A stretch of 64,000 bases of DNA from positions 128,001-192,000 of the forward strand of contig CAWDML010000014.1 of assembly GCA_963803435.1 (NCBI GenBank). The letters are read 5' to 3'. This document shows positions 52,455 to 63,106 of the stretch, one piece after another. Source of the stretch: an uncultured delta proteobacterium (lineage in GTDB: Bacteria > Myxococcota > Kuafuiibacteriia > Kuafuiibacteriales > Kuafuiibacteriaceae). Positions within the stretch are counted from its first letter, which is position 1; the number at the start of each line of letters is the position of its first letter. Both the position numbers and the translations under genes were made by a program. The notes below the pieces were generated by a model. It made no database searches and was not told the DNA's origin. It was given only the letters and a program-made list of their open reading frames with translations.

Positions 52455-54074
52455 CTACTCCCCTCCGTCGAAGCTCATCTCGAGGCGCTGGTCCCCGTCG
52501 ACGTTGCGAACGACCGCCTGGCGCCCCGAGGGCCACTGCACCGAGACCCAGTCGGCACCGCTCCACTCGCCGAGCCCCATCCGGATGGTGTGCTCGTTCT
52601 GCGAGGCGCGGCTCGATCCCGCGGTCAGGTCCCGGAACTGCACCAGATCGCCGGTCCTCACCAGGACTCGCGCGCCGATCGCGCCGAGGTTACCGCCGTC
52701 GGGCGCGCGCGAGACGGCGACGTCGAGAAATCGTCCCGAGCCCGTGTCGGTCTCGTTCCGGTAGAGCGAGATCCGCGAACCGTCGGTCCCCGCCACCACG
52801 ACGTCGACCCGTCCATCACGATCGAAGTCGGCGAAGGCCGCCGCCTTGTTGTGCGCCGCGCCCGCGTCGCGGACTGCGGGATGCGACACCTCGATCTGCT
52901 CGAACGTGGAGGGCCGGGTCCCGAGGTTGTGGAACACCAGGTACGGCAGATCGTCCTCCTGCGCCACGAAGAGATCGGGCCAGCCGTCGAGATCGAAGTC
53001 TTCGAAGGCGAGGCCCCACCCGAACTCACCGCCGGTCCCGGCGTCGTGCGTGATGTCGCTGAAGGTGCCGTCGCCGTTGTTGCGAAGGAGCGGGTTGTCG
53101 CCGATGTTCGAGATGTAGAAGTCGAGATCGCCGTCATGGTCGATGTCGGCGGCGTCGATGCCCATGGGGTGATTGATGTTCACCTCGACCAGAAATGATC
53201 CGGCGGTGAAGTCGGTGAAGCGCTCGCCGCCCTCGTTCTCGAGCAACACGTGCCCGCCGCGATCGTTCCAGATCCAGAGGTCGGGATCGCGATCGTTGTC
53301 GTGATCGCTCCACATCACGGCACACGGGTTCCCTTCGGGGCTGGCCAGAACGCCGGTCGCCTGGGTCACGTCCTCGAAGGTCCCGTCCCCGCGGTTGTGC
53401 AACAGATACGCGAATGGCGCCGGCAGTGTGCTCGACGCCGACACCACGTCGAGCCACCCGTCCAGGTCGTAGTCGCCGAACGCGACCACCTTGCTGCGCC
53501 CGTCGGAGAACAGCTCCTCGTTCGAGGGCGGCCCGCCCGCACCCGCGGACGCGGTGACGTCGGTGAAGTGGTCACCCCGGTTCTGGAGCAGGATGTCCTT
53601 CGGCCGGGACCCGAGGTACAGATCGACGTCGCCGTCGTTGTCGTAGTCGGCGGCGGCGACGCTGAAGCAGTCCCGGCCGGCGATCGCGTCGATCCCCCAG
53701 GCCCGGGTGACATCGACGAAGGTGCCGTCTCGCTGGTTCTCGTACAGCTTGGGTGGGAGCTGCTCGGGTCCCTGACCGTTGGCCAAGAAGATGTCGGGCC
53801 ACCCGTCGCCGGTGAGATCGACGAACGCCACGCCGACGCCGTGCGTGTTGCCCTCGGACCGGGCATTCGCCAGGCCGGCGGCGTCGGTGACGTCGACCAG
53901 CGTGATGGGGCCGGGCGCCTGCGCGCCGGCGATCACCTGTGGATGCGCTCCAAGGTCCCGCGCGCCCTCGAGATCGACCGGCATCCAGAGCGGCTCGGCA
54001 CCTGCGTCGTCCGGCAACGGGCGCGATCCGCAGGCGCACGCCAAGCCGACCAGAAGGGCTGCGGAGCATCGCAT
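52455..54074 (-). CDS. CRTAC1-family (FG-GAP/ASPIC-UnbV) lipoprotein
   Basis: Repeated DYDNDGDVDL / N.GDGTF.DVT motifs; AIGARV...SQN....GLG..V.WPSG ASPIC tail. Confidence 0.88.
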   Translation of the reverse strand: MRCSAALLVGLACACGSRPLPDDAGAEPLWMPVDLEGARDLGAHPQVIAGAQAPGPITLVDVTDAAGLANARSEGNTHGVGVAFVDLTGDGWPDIFLANGQGPEQLPPKLYENQRDGTFVDVTRAWGIDAIAGRDCFSVAAADYDNDGDVDLYLGSRPKDILLQNRGDHFTDVTASAGAGGPPSNEELFSDGRSKVVAFGDYDLDGWLDVVSASSTLPAPFAYLLHNRGDGTFEDVTQATGVLASPEGNPCAVMWSDHDNDRDPDLWIWNDRGGHVLLENEGGERFTDFTAGSFLVEVNINHPMGIDAADIDHDGDLDFYISNIGDNPLLRNNGDGTFSDITHDAGTGGEFGWGLAFEDFDLDGWPDLFVAQEDDLPYLVFHNLGTRPSTFEQIEVSHPAVRDAGAAHNKAAAFADFDRDGRVDVVVAGTDGSRISLYRNETDTGSGRFLDVAVSRAPDGGNLGAIGARVLVRTGDLVQFRDLTAGSSRASQNEHTIRMGLGEWSGADWVSVQWPSGRQAVVRNVDGDQRLEMSFDGGE

Positions 54075-54126
54075 GCTCCCATTCCAATCACGGAGGCCCG
54101 CGATTTGTCAGGCCGCTCCGGCGCGG

Positions 54127-55506
54127 CTACATCGCCTGGTCCTGGAAACGCGCGAAGTCGGACGAGAATGCGGCGAGCGCGCGCTCCTGGAGGTGCTGCA
54201 TCTCCTCCAGGACGTCGTCGTTGCCGAGCACCTGGGCCGACGCAATCCGCAGCCAGAACGTCACGAACCCGTTGTTGAGGAGCTCGGCGCGCGAGTTGAA
54301 GCGCAGCGGCTGGCTGTGATCCTGGGGCAGCGTGACCTCGAGCCGGGCCCCCTGGCCCCCATCGGTGCGCGCCAGCGTCCCGAGGAAGGATCCCACGATC
54401 GTCTTCACGTTCGAAGGGATCACGGCGTCGACGAGCGCGATGGGGATGATGCCGAGCGCTGCGCCGCTGATGTCGACCTTCGGCGTCTGATTGTAGATCG
54501 AGCGCAACACCATCCCGCGCTGGTCCTGGGTAACGGAGGTGCGGACCTCGACGTCCTCGACCGATAGGTGCAGACCGAAGAGCTCGGCGTCGATGTCGGC
54601 CTCGACGCGATAGCTCTCACTGATCCAGCGATCCGGATCGACGTCGAAGATGACGGCCACCTCGCCACGGCCGCTGTCGAGCTTGAGCATCGCCAGCGTC
54701 CGTCCGTCCTTCGCGGTGACCCGTGCGCGCGCTTTCGCCTTCACATCGTCGGTGAGCAGCTCCGCCAGCGCCGGGTAGTCCTTGGCGAACGCGCTCTGCC
54801 GGAGGCGGCCGATGATCCGGCCGCGCACGCCGCTCGGGGAGCGAGCCACGCCGTCCAGGGGCTCGAAGTACCGCTCCGCCATGGCGGCCATCGCCGGAAA
54901 GGCCGAGGCAATCTCGCGCCCCACGGCGCGGTCGGCGTCGTCGAGCCCGGCGCCGGCGCGGGCGCCCTGCGCGTTGGCAGTGTCCTTGAGCCACGTCATC
55001 GCGCCCCGGCCCACCCCGGTCATCTCGTCTGCGGTGACCTCGAGGTTCGCGGCGATATCGGTCTCGAGGAGGAACGTCTCGCCGATCGCCGGCTTCATCG
55101 CGATCGTCACGGCCAGATCTCCGAACCGGGTCGGACGATCGTTCCGCCTCGCGATCACCCGATAGTCACCCTTCGGCGACAGCTCGCCGAACACGGACAT
55201 CGCATGCCGCGAACGTTCCACCGGCGAGCTCTCCATCATCCGGTACATGGACGCCGGATCGAGGGTCTCGAGGTTCTTGCTGACGTTGTCGAACAGGAGC
55301 CGCGTCTTGGAATCCAGCTCGAGGTTGTGCGTGACGGCCTCAGCCAAGCGCTTGAGGCTCGCGACCTTGACGATGGCGGTGGAGAGCGGCCGGTCTCGAT
55401 CACCCAGCTGAAGCAGCGGCGACCACGCCCTGAGGTGCGCCGGCAGCGGACCTTGGACCAACCCGATCAACACACCAGCGACCAAGATCCGGGGGAACAC
55501 GGCCAC
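54127..55506 (-). CDS. Hypothetical exported protein
   Basis: Signal-like N-terminus; 459-aa ORF downstream of the opp operon. Confidence 0.6.
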   Translation of the reverse strand: MAVFPRILVAGVLIGLVQGPLPAHLRAWSPLLQLGDRDRPLSTAIVKVASLKRLAEAVTHNLELDSKTRLLFDNVSKNLETLDPASMYRMMESSPVERSRHAMSVFGELSPKGDYRVIARRNDRPTRFGDLAVTIAMKPAIGETFLLETDIAANLEVTADEMTGVGRGAMTWLKDTANAQGARAGAGLDDADRAVGREIASAFPAMAAMAERYFEPLDGVARSPSGVRGRIIGRLRQSAFAKDYPALAELLTDDVKAKARARVTAKDGRTLAMLKLDSGRGEVAVIFDVDPDRWISESYRVEADIDAELFGLHLSVEDVEVRTSVTQDQRGMVLRSIYNQTPKVDISGAALGIIPIALVDAVIPSNVKTIVGSFLGTLARTDGGQGARLEVTLPQDHSQPLRFNSRAELLNNGFVTFWLRIASAQVLGNDDVLEEMQHLQERALAAFSSDFARFQDQAM

Positions 55507-55548
55507 AGCGTACCCGATTCGTGAGAACCGGTCGCGATGCGGGGCGCC

Positions 55549-56481
55549 TCACGGTCCCTTCGCGACCACCGGACACGCCACGAGTCGATCAGGTCCCAGC
55601 GAGACGAGCTTGGGTACCTGCTCTCTACAGCCCGGCTCCGCCTTCGGGCAGCGATCCGCAAAGGCACAGCCGGGCGGGAGGACGCGCGCGCTGGGGACGT
55701 CGCCCTCGAGCGGGGCCCGACGCAGCAGCGCCTCAGTGTAGGGGTGACGGGCCGAGCTCCGCATCTCTTTCGCCGGCAAACTCTCCACGATCCGGCCCAG
55801 ATACATGACCATCACGCGGTCGCAGAAGTGCTCGACCACGGCCAGGTCGTGGCTGATGAAGAGGTAGGTGAGCCCGAGTCGGTCCTTGAGATCGGCGAGG
55901 AGATTGAGGATCTGAGCGCGGATGCTCACATCGAGCGCGGACACCGGCTCATCCAGAAGCAGAAACTCCGGCATCACCGAGAGCGCGCGCGCGATCCCGA
56001 TCCGCTGGCGCTGGCCCCCCGAGAACTCGTGCGGGTACTTCCGCCTCGTCTCCGGTCCCAGGCCGACCAGACCGAGCAGCTCGTCGATCCGGGCGCTCAC
56101 GCCCTCGGGCTCGACGATCCGGTGGAAGCGGATGGCCTCCCCCAGCATCGCCTCCACCGTCGCGCGCGGGTTGAGCGAGGCGTACGGATCCTGAAACACG
56201 ATCTGCATGCGGCGCCGGAGCGGGCGCAGCGCCGACTGCGAGAGTGTGGTGATGTCGGTGCCGTCGAAGCGGATGGCGCCCGCGGTCGGGTCGTACAGCC
56301 GCAGGACCGTCTTGCCCAGCGTGCTCTTGCCACAGCCCGATTCTCCGACCAGGCCCACCACCTCGCCCTTCGCCACCGAGAGATCCACACCGTTGACCGC
56401 GTGCACGACGCCCTTTCCGCCGCCGAGGATCCCGGCCGAGGAAAAGTGCTTCACCAGCCCGTTGACCTCGAGGAGCGTCAC
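55549..56481 (-). CDS. Oligopeptide ABC transporter ATP-binding protein (OppF-like)
   Basis: [42 protein letters not shown]. Confidence 0.93.
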   Translation of the reverse strand: MTLLEVNGLVKHFSSAGILGGGKGVVHAVNGVDLSVAKGEVVGLVGESGCGKSTLGKTVLRLYDPTAGAIRFDGTDITTLSQSALRPLRRRMQIVFQDPYASLNPRATVEAMLGEAIRFHRIVEPEGVSARIDELLGLVGLGPETRRKYPHEFSGGQRQRIGIARALSVMPEFLLLDEPVSALDVSIRAQILNLLADLKDRLGLTYLFISHDLAVVEHFCDRVMVMYLGRIVESLPAKEMRSSARHPYTEALLRRAPLEGDVPSARVLPPGCAFADRCPKAEPGCREQVPKLVSLGPDRLVACPVVAKGP

Positions 56482-57452
56482 GGGCGGTCCTCGCCGGGGA
56501 AAAAGCAGGCGACCTTGCGCTCGGGATCGGGCTGCACGTCGAGCGGGGGGCTCTCCTCTGCACAGCGGGCCTCGGCGCGGGCGCACCGGGGATGAAAGCG
56601 GCACCCGTCGGGGAGCGCCGCCAGCGAGGGGACCGAGCCCGGGATCGCCTCCAGCCGGGCGGCCCGCTCGACGCCCGGGAGCGACCGCAGGAGGCCGCGC
56701 GCGTACGGATGGAGCGGCCCGGCGAACAGGCGCGCCACCGGCGACTCCTCGACCACACGTCCGGCGTACATGACCAGGACGCGATCGCAGCTCTCCCGCA
56801 CCACCGAGAGATCGTGCGTGATCATCACGACGGCCATCCCGTCCTCGGCCTGGAGCTTGCGGATGAGCGCCAGGATCTGGGCCTGCACGGTGACGTCGAG
56901 CGCGGTGGTCGGCTCGTCCGCGATCAATACGCGCGGCCCCATCGCCAGCGCCATCGCGATCATCGCGCGCTGGCGCATACCGCCCGAGAGCTGGTGAGGA
57001 TACTCGTCGAGGCGTCGCTCGGGATCCGGGATCGCGACCTTTCGCAGCATCTCGAGCGCGATCGCGCGCGCCTCCTTCTTCGTGATCTTCCGGTGCGCGA
57101 GCACGCCCTCGGCGACCTGATAGCCGATGGTCAGCACCGGGTTGAGCGCGGTCATCGGCTCCTGGAAGATCATCGCGATCTGCGCCCCGCGCATGCTCCG
57201 CCGCACGGCCTCGGACGCACCGACCAGCTCGGTCCCGCCGTAGCGGATGCTGCCTTCGCACGCGCCGTTGCGCGGCAGCAGGCCCATGACGGCGCGGGCG
57301 GTGACCGTCTTGCCGCAGCCCGACTCGCCGACGATCCCGAGCGTCTCGCCCGCCGCGATCGACCACGAGATCCGGTCGACCGCGGTCAGCGGCTCGCCAC
57401 CGCGAACGGCGAAGCGCACCGAGAGACCCTGGAGCTCGAGGAGAGCCGACAT
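56478..57452 (-). CDS. Oligopeptide ABC transporter ATP-binding protein (OppD-like)
   Basis: [48 protein letters not shown]. Confidence 0.93.
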   Translation of the reverse strand: MSALLELQGLSVRFAVRGGEPLTAVDRISWSIAAGETLGIVGESGCGKTVTARAVMGLLPRNGACEGSIRYGGTELVGASEAVRRSMRGAQIAMIFQEPMTALNPVLTIGYQVAEGVLAHRKITKKEARAIALEMLRKVAIPDPERRLDEYPHQLSGGMRQRAMIAMALAMGPRVLIADEPTTALDVTVQAQILALIRKLQAEDGMAVVMITHDLSVVRESCDRVLVMYAGRVVEESPVARLFAGPLHPYARGLLRSLPGVERAARLEAIPGSVPSLAALPDGCRFHPRCARAEARCAEESPPLDVQPDPERKVACFFPGEDRP

Positions 57453-57459
57453 CAGGAGC

Positions 57460-58287
57460 TCACAGATTCTTCGGATCGAGCGCGTCCTGGAGCGCGTCGG
57501 CGAAGGTGTTGAAGGCCAGCACGAGGACGAACATGGCACAGGTGGCGGCGCCGATCTGCCAGAAGAAGCCGTTGATCAGCTCGGCGCGCGCCTGGTTGAT
57601 CATCACGCCCCAGCTCGGCTCGCCCTGCACGCCCAGGCCCAGGTACGACAAGATCACCTCCGACTTGATCGCGCCGACGAAGAGCAGCGCGAAGTTCACC
57701 AGGACCAGGTGGAAGGTGTTGGGCACGACGTGCGAGAAGAGGATCCGGACGGGGCTGTAGCCGAGCGCGCGGGCGGCCTGCACGTACTCCGACTCGCGCA
57801 GCTTGAGCACCTCGCCGCGGACCACGCGGCAGGGACCCACCCAGAACGTGGCGCAGAAGGCGACGTAGACCCCGAACAGGCCGCGGCCGGCGACGTACGT
57901 CAGGCCCATCAGGAGCAGGATCGATGGGATCGACTGCACCGTGGAGTAGAACCAGACCACCAGGTCGTCGAGCCACCCCGAGAACCAGCCCGCCACCGCG
58001 CCGAGCAGCGTCCCTACCGCCACCGAGAAGCCGGCGCTGACCAGGCCGACCATGATCGCGATCTTCGCGCTGTAGAGCGTCCGCGCCAGGATGTCGCGTC
58101 CCTGACGGTCGGTCCCCAGCCAGTGGCCGGGTCCCGGTCCCAGGAACTTGGCGCCCACGCGCGCGTCGTAGTGCGCGCCGATCGCTCCGGAGGCCACCAG
58201 GAGCGCGACCACCGCGTACGCGACGATGACGACGAGGCAGACCATCGCCAGCCGATCGCGGAGCAGTCGGGCCAGGCTCCGGTTCAC
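57460..58287 (-). CDS. Oligopeptide ABC transporter permease (OppC-like)
   Basis: HWLGTD.QGRD, EYVQAARALG, LSYLGLG..PSWG. Confidence 0.92.
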   Translation of the reverse strand: MNRSLARLLRDRLAMVCLVVIVAYAVVALLVASGAIGAHYDARVGAKFLGPGPGHWLGTDRQGRDILARTLYSAKIAIMVGLVSAGFSVAVGTLLGAVAGWFSGWLDDLVVWFYSTVQSIPSILLLMGLTYVAGRGLFGVYVAFCATFWVGPCRVVRGEVLKLRESEYVQAARALGYSPVRILFSHVVPNTFHLVLVNFALLFVGAIKSEVILSYLGLGVQGEPSWGVMINQARAELINGFFWQIGAATCAMFVLVLAFNTFADALQDALDPKNL

Positions 58288-59217
58288 GAGAACCTCACGC
58301 GCGGATCGAACATCGCGTAGAAGACGTCGGTCAGCAGGTTGGACAGCAGGAACATGATCGAGATCATGACGGTGTACGCCTTGATCACCGGGAGGTCGGC
58401 CTGATCGATCGCCTCCAGCAGCGCGCCGCCGAGCCCGGGAATCCCGAAGAACGACTCGAGCAGCAACGAACCGGTGACCAGGAACGGAACCGACAGCATC
58501 ACCTGGGTCACGATCGGGATCATCGAGCTCTTGAGCACGTGCACGAAGAGGACGCGCCGGTGCGTGACGCCCTTGGAGAGCGCTGTCGCCACGTAGTCAC
58601 GGCTCGTCTCCTCGACCATGACCGAGCGATAGAAGCGGGCGTCGTAGCCCATGCTGACGACGACCATGATGATGATCGGCAGCGACAGCCACTGCCACCG
58701 TTCGAGCCATCCCTCCTGGTAGCCGTGAATGTTGAAGAGCGGCCACTCGAACGCGAGCAGGTACTGGCCGACCACGATGTAGACCAGGAAGCTCACGCTC
58801 ATGCCGATCACGGCGAGCGTCATCAGCGCCCGATCGACGGCGCGCCCTCGGAAGTAAGCCGCCGCCAGCGAGAGAGACCGAGAGGAGCGTGGTCGCCACC
58901 AGGGCCGGCACGGTCAGGCTCAGCGAGGCCGGGGCGCGCCGGATGAGCAGCTGCCAGACCGGCTCCTTGGTGACGAAGGAGCGACCGAAGTCGAGCGTCA
59001 CGATCTGGACCAGGTAGTCGAGGTAGCGGACCAAGAGCGGGCGATCGAAGCCGTAGGCGTGCTCGAGCTGAGCGATCTGGTCTGCGCTGGCGTGCTTGCC
59101 GAGGAACTGGATCGCCGGGTTGCCGCCGAAGACGTCGAAGAGCACGAACGTGATCAACGTGACGCCGAGGAGGATCGGGATGCCCTGGAGGAGCCTCTTC
59201 AGCAGATAGGCGCGCAT
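58284..59217 (-). CDS. Oligopeptide ABC transporter permease (OppB-like; frameshift near 58865)
   Basis: YLLKRLL..IP.L.GV, DRPL..RY, DFGRS, DYV.TA.SKG, E.FFGIPGLG, DPRVR. Confidence 0.9.
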
Positions 59218-59220
59218 TCG

Positions 59221-60960
59221 CTATCTCGGGTCGACGTCCACGTAGCGGATCCAGCCGTACCAGACCTCGTCCGGGAGGATGTGCTTCACGCGCCGGTTCC
59301 ACAGGTAAAAGCGCTTGCGGGCGAACGTGCCGATCACCGGAGCATCCTCGATCACCAGGTCCCGCATGTGCTCGTAGATCGCGGTGCGCTCCGGCGACGG
59401 CGACATCAACCGCGACCTCTCGTACAGCCGGTCGTACTCCGGGTTCGAGTAGTTGAAGGCGTTGGAGCCCGGCGAGGCGTTGGGCCCGTAGAACAGAGCC
59501 AGGAAGTTCTCGGCGTCCGGATAGTCCGCGGTCCAGGAGAGGCCGAACATCTGGCACTGCTTCTTCTTGATCTTGGCGTCGAGCTCCGGAAACGAGTGGT
59601 AGTTGCCGACCAGCCGCACGCCGATCTTTGCGAGCTGGCGCGCGAGCATCTCGACCTGCTCGGTCGACGCGGTGGTCCGGTTCGTGTGGTACTCGATCGG
59701 CGGGAGCCCCTTCCCGCCGGGGTAGCCGGCCTCGGCCAGCAGCGCCCGCGCCCGCGGCAGATCGGGCCCGCGATACCGCGAGATCCTCGCCGAGGCGTGG
59801 CCGTCCAGGCCCGGAGGGATGGGTCCGTCGTACTGGACGATCGCGCTGTTGTAGAGGGCCTCACCGATCTCGTCGGTGTCGAGCGCCAGCGAGATCGCCT
59901 GGCGAACCTGCTTGCCGCGCCCGCCGCCTCCGGTGATCGGGTGCTCCATGTCGAAGCCCTTGTAGACCATGTCGATGATCTCGTACGTGAAGGCGCCGAC
60001 GCCCTCCTTCACGAACGGGGCGCGCAAGTGCCACTCCTCGTCGAAGACGCTCGGCTGGTACTCGGCGGGGGTCTGGATGAAGTCGATGTCGCCGACGCGC
60101 CACTTGAGCCACATCGGCTGCTCCTGCTCGTACATCTGCATCACCACCGCGTCGAGGAACGGCACGCGCCGGCCCGCGGGCGCGGTGAGCTCTGGCGGGG
60201 TCCCCGGAGAAGCCTCCGAAGGATAGCGCTCCTCCCAGTACTTCTCGTTCCGCTCGAGGACGATCTTCTGCCCTGGGATCCAGCTCTTCAGGTGGAAGGG
60301 ACCGGTGCCCACCGGGTGCTGCCCGAGATCACCGCCGTAGTAGGCGGCGCAGTCGCGCGGGACCACAGCGGTGTACTCCATCGCGAGGACGTAGAGGAGC
60401 TGGGGATAGGGGCCGGTCAGCCGGATCCGCAGCGTGTAACGATCGACGACCTCGAGACCCTCGATCGGCGCATCGTAGTCGAACGGCTTGTTCGCCTTGA
60501 AAGCGTCGAAGCCGGCGATGCGATCGTTGTAGACCCACCAGCCGCTGGGCGTGAGCGTGTCGTCGGCCATGCGCTTCATCGACTGCACGACGTCGTCGGC
60601 AATCAGCTCGCGTCCGACGCCGCCCGCAAAGCAGGGGTCGTCGTGAAAGCGCACGCCCTTCCTCAGATGGAGCGTGTAGGTCAGACGATCCTCGCTGACC
60701 TCGGGCATCGACTCGAGCAGCAGCGGCTTCAGCTTCAGCGGGCGCACCAGGTACTGGTACTCGAGGAGCGGCTGAAAGATCGCGCTCAAGACGAGCGCGT
60801 CGGACTGCGTGGCGGCCCGGACCGGCTCGAAGGAGGCGATCGATGCGCGCAGCCCCATGTGGAAGACGCGCTTGCCCTCCTCCCACGGATCGCGGCGCTT
60901 GCACGCGACGAAGGAAGCGAGCGCGACCGCGACGAGCGCTGTGCGAAGGCCGTGACTCAC
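59221..60960 (-). CDS. Peptide ABC transporter substrate-binding lipoprotein (family 5)
   Basis: FVAC lipobox, YT..LRKGVRFHDDPCF, PVGTGPF, W.ADYPDAENF, YSNPEYD.LY. Confidence 0.92.
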   Translation of the reverse strand: MSHGLRTALVAVALASFVACKRRDPWEEGKRVFHMGLRASIASFEPVRAATQSDALVLSAIFQPLLEYQYLVRPLKLKPLLLESMPEVSEDRLTYTLHLRKGVRFHDDPCFAGGVGRELIADDVVQSMKRMADDTLTPSGWWVYNDRIAGFDAFKANKPFDYDAPIEGLEVVDRYTLRIRLTGPYPQLLYVLAMEYTAVVPRDCAAYYGGDLGQHPVGTGPFHLKSWIPGQKIVLERNEKYWEERYPSEASPGTPPELTAPAGRRVPFLDAVVMQMYEQEQPMWLKWRVGDIDFIQTPAEYQPSVFDEEWHLRAPFVKEGVGAFTYEIIDMVYKGFDMEHPITGGGGRGKQVRQAISLALDTDEIGEALYNSAIVQYDGPIPPGLDGHASARISRYRGPDLPRARALLAEAGYPGGKGLPPIEYHTNRTTASTEQVEMLARQLAKIGVRLVGNYHSFPELDAKIKKKQCQMFGLSWTADYPDAENFLALFYGPNASPGSNAFNYSNPEYDRLYERSRLMSPSPERTAIYEHMRDLVIEDAPVIGTFARKRFYLWNRRVKHILPDEVWYGWIRYVDVDPR

Positions 60961-60993
60961 CGCCGATAAACGCGTTAGGTTGCGCCCGGAGCC

Positions 60994-61881
60994 GTGTCAA
61001 TGGACGCACCGAAGCCCGAAGCTCGCCCCGCAGAGCTCGCCGGACGCTGGTATCCGGCCACCGCGACCGAGTGCGACCGCATGCTCGCCGGCGTGGCCCG
61101 GACCACCTCCCCGCTGCCTGACACCCGCATCGCCGCCGTCGTCCCGCACGCCGGCTGGCGCTACTCCGGCGCGATCGCCTACGGTGCGCTCCTGGATCTC
61201 TTCGACGGCACGGCCGACGCCGAGCTCGTCGTCGTCTTCGGCGGCCACCTGGGCCCGCGCGACGTCCCACGCATCCTGATCGAGGGCGGTTGGGACACCC
61301 CGTACGGCCCGATGCCGATCGCCCGCGGCCTCTCCGAGGACCTCAGCATGGCCGTCAACGCCGATCCGGAGACGCCGCTCGAATACTACGACGACAACGG
61401 GATCGAGGTACTGATGCCGATGGTCAAGAAGCTCTGGCCGGACGCCGAGGTCCTCACCGTCGGCGTCCCGCCCACGCCCGACGCGCAGACGATCGGCGCC
61501 GACGCGATCCACCTGGCCAAGGCCCGCGGCTTCTCGCGCATCGCCGTCGTCGGCTCGACGGACCTGACCCACTACGGGCCGAACTACGCCTATTCACCCA
61601 AGGGCAAGGGCCAGCGGGGCCTCGACTGGGTGAAGAACGAGAACGATCCGCAGGTGATCCAGAAGATCGTCGAGCTCGACGCCGCCAAGGTCCTCTGGGT
61701 GGCGCAGCGACAGCGCAACGCCTGTTGTCCCGGCGCCGCCGCCGCCGCCATCGTCGCGGCGCGGAAGCTGGGCGCGACCGTCGGAGTCCAGACGCGCTAC
61801 GCCACCAGCTACGACGAAGGGCCCCAGGACGCGGAGCCCACCAGCTTCGTCGGCTACGCCGGCGTGGTCCTCGGGCGATGA
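60994..61881 (+). CDS. amrB: AmmeMemoRadiSam system protein B (MEMO1 family)
   Basis: RPA..AGRWYP, VPHAGWRYSG, WDTP.G, STDLTHYG, NACCPGA, SFVGYAG. Confidence 0.88.
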   Translation: MSMDAPKPEARPAELAGRWYPATATECDRMLAGVARTTSPLPDTRIAAVVPHAGWRYSGAIAYGALLDLFDGTADAELVVVFGGHLGPRDVPRILIEGGWDTPYGPMPIARGLSEDLSMAVNADPETPLEYYDDNGIEVLMPMVKKLWPDAEVLTVGVPPTPDAQTIGADAIHLAKARGFSRIAVVGSTDLTHYGPNYAYSPKGKGQRGLDWVKNENDPQVIQKIVELDAAKVLWVAQRQRNACCPGAAAAAIVAARKLGATVGVQTRYATSYDEGPQDAEPTSFVGYAGVVLGR

Positions 61882-61918
61882 TTCGGCTCGCCGGGTCGAT
61901 CCGTGTCATTCTCCGCCG

Positions 61919-63106
61919 GTGTCCGACCACAACGGCAAGCAGCGTGAGCAGATCACCGCCGCAAAGCTCGAGACCACTCCCCTAGCCCGCGACGAACGGC
62001 TCGAGCTCGAGATCGAGCGGGCGCTGGTCGACGACCGGGATGCGAACGATGCGTTCGTCGTGTACGCCGACTGGCTCCAGCAGCGACAGGATCCGCGCGG
62101 CGAGCTGATCGCCTGCCAGCTCCCGAGCGCCCAGACCAAGGCGAAGCGCCGGGCGGGCGTGCTCCTCAACGAGCACCGGCGATACTTCCTCGGCATCTTC
62201 GGTAGCTGGGACGACGAGCCTCCGCTCCAGGTCGAATGGCGGTGTGGCTTCCTCCGGAGCGCCCACTTGTACGTCGGCCGCCGGCTCGAGGACGACGGCT
62301 GGGATCAAGCGGTCCTCACCGAGGCGCTCCTGGCGCTCCCCTCGTCACGATTCCTCGAGGAGCTGGAGGTAGGCTGCGGCTCGATCCACGAGGAGATGAT
62401 CGACGAGCGCGTGCAAGCGGCCCTCCGGGAGCACGGACCGCTCACGAACCTGCGACGGCTCAGGTTCGTGACCGACCAGGAGGAAGAGATGCTCTCGTGG
62501 ACCGACGCGGGCGATCTCGGCCACCTCTCGAAGACCACGCCGAACCTGACCTCGCTCGGCGTCGAGGCCGGCAGCGTCCGCCTGGGGGAGCCCGATCTTC
62601 CTCGGTTGAAGGAGCTGGTGATCGAGACCTGCGGTCTCACCGACGAGAACGTGGAATCGATCGCCTCCGCACGCTGGCCCGAGCTGACGAAGTTGGTCCT
62701 GTGGTTCGGGTCCCAGAGCTACGGCGTCGACATCGATCTGGACGGCGTGCTCCTGATGCTCGATCGCTCACGCTTCCCCAAGCTGACCCACCTCGGGCTC
62801 TGCAACAACGAGATGACGGACGATCTCCTCGAGGCCCTCGCCGCGAATCCGCTCCTCGGACAGCTCGAGTCGCTGGATCTCTCGAAAGGCACCATGGCTG
62901 ACGCGGGCGCACGACGGATGATCGAGCTCGCGCCGCGGCTGGCGCACCTGAAGAAGATCGACGTTTCGGCGAACTACATCGGAAAAGAAGGGGCTGCGCT
63001 CAAGAAAGCGCTCAAGCAGGTCGATCTGGGCAAGTTCCCGAACGAGCAGCGCGAAGCCGAGGAGTTCGACGACGAGATCCACCGCTACGCGGATGTCGGG
63101 GAGTGA
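61919..63106 (+). CDS. TIGR02996-domain leucine-rich-repeat protein
   Basis: VYADWLQQRQDPRGELI, W..GF, LRR repeats (L..L.L.FG, LTHLGLCN, LESLDLSKG), RY..VGE end. Confidence 0.85.
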   Translation: MSDHNGKQREQITAAKLETTPLARDERLELEIERALVDDRDANDAFVVYADWLQQRQDPRGELIACQLPSAQTKAKRRAGVLLNEHRRYFLGIFGSWDDEPPLQVEWRCGFLRSAHLYVGRRLEDDGWDQAVLTEALLALPSSRFLEELEVGCGSIHEEMIDERVQAALREHGPLTNLRRLRFVTDQEEEMLSWTDAGDLGHLSKTTPNLTSLGVEAGSVRLGEPDLPRLKELVIETCGLTDENVESIASARWPELTKLVLWFGSQSYGVDIDLDGVLLMLDRSRFPKLTHLGLCNNEMTDDLLEALAANPLLGQLESLDLSKGTMADAGARRMIELAPRLAHLKKIDVSANYIGKEGAALKKALKQVDLGKFPNEQREAEEFDDEIHRYADVGE

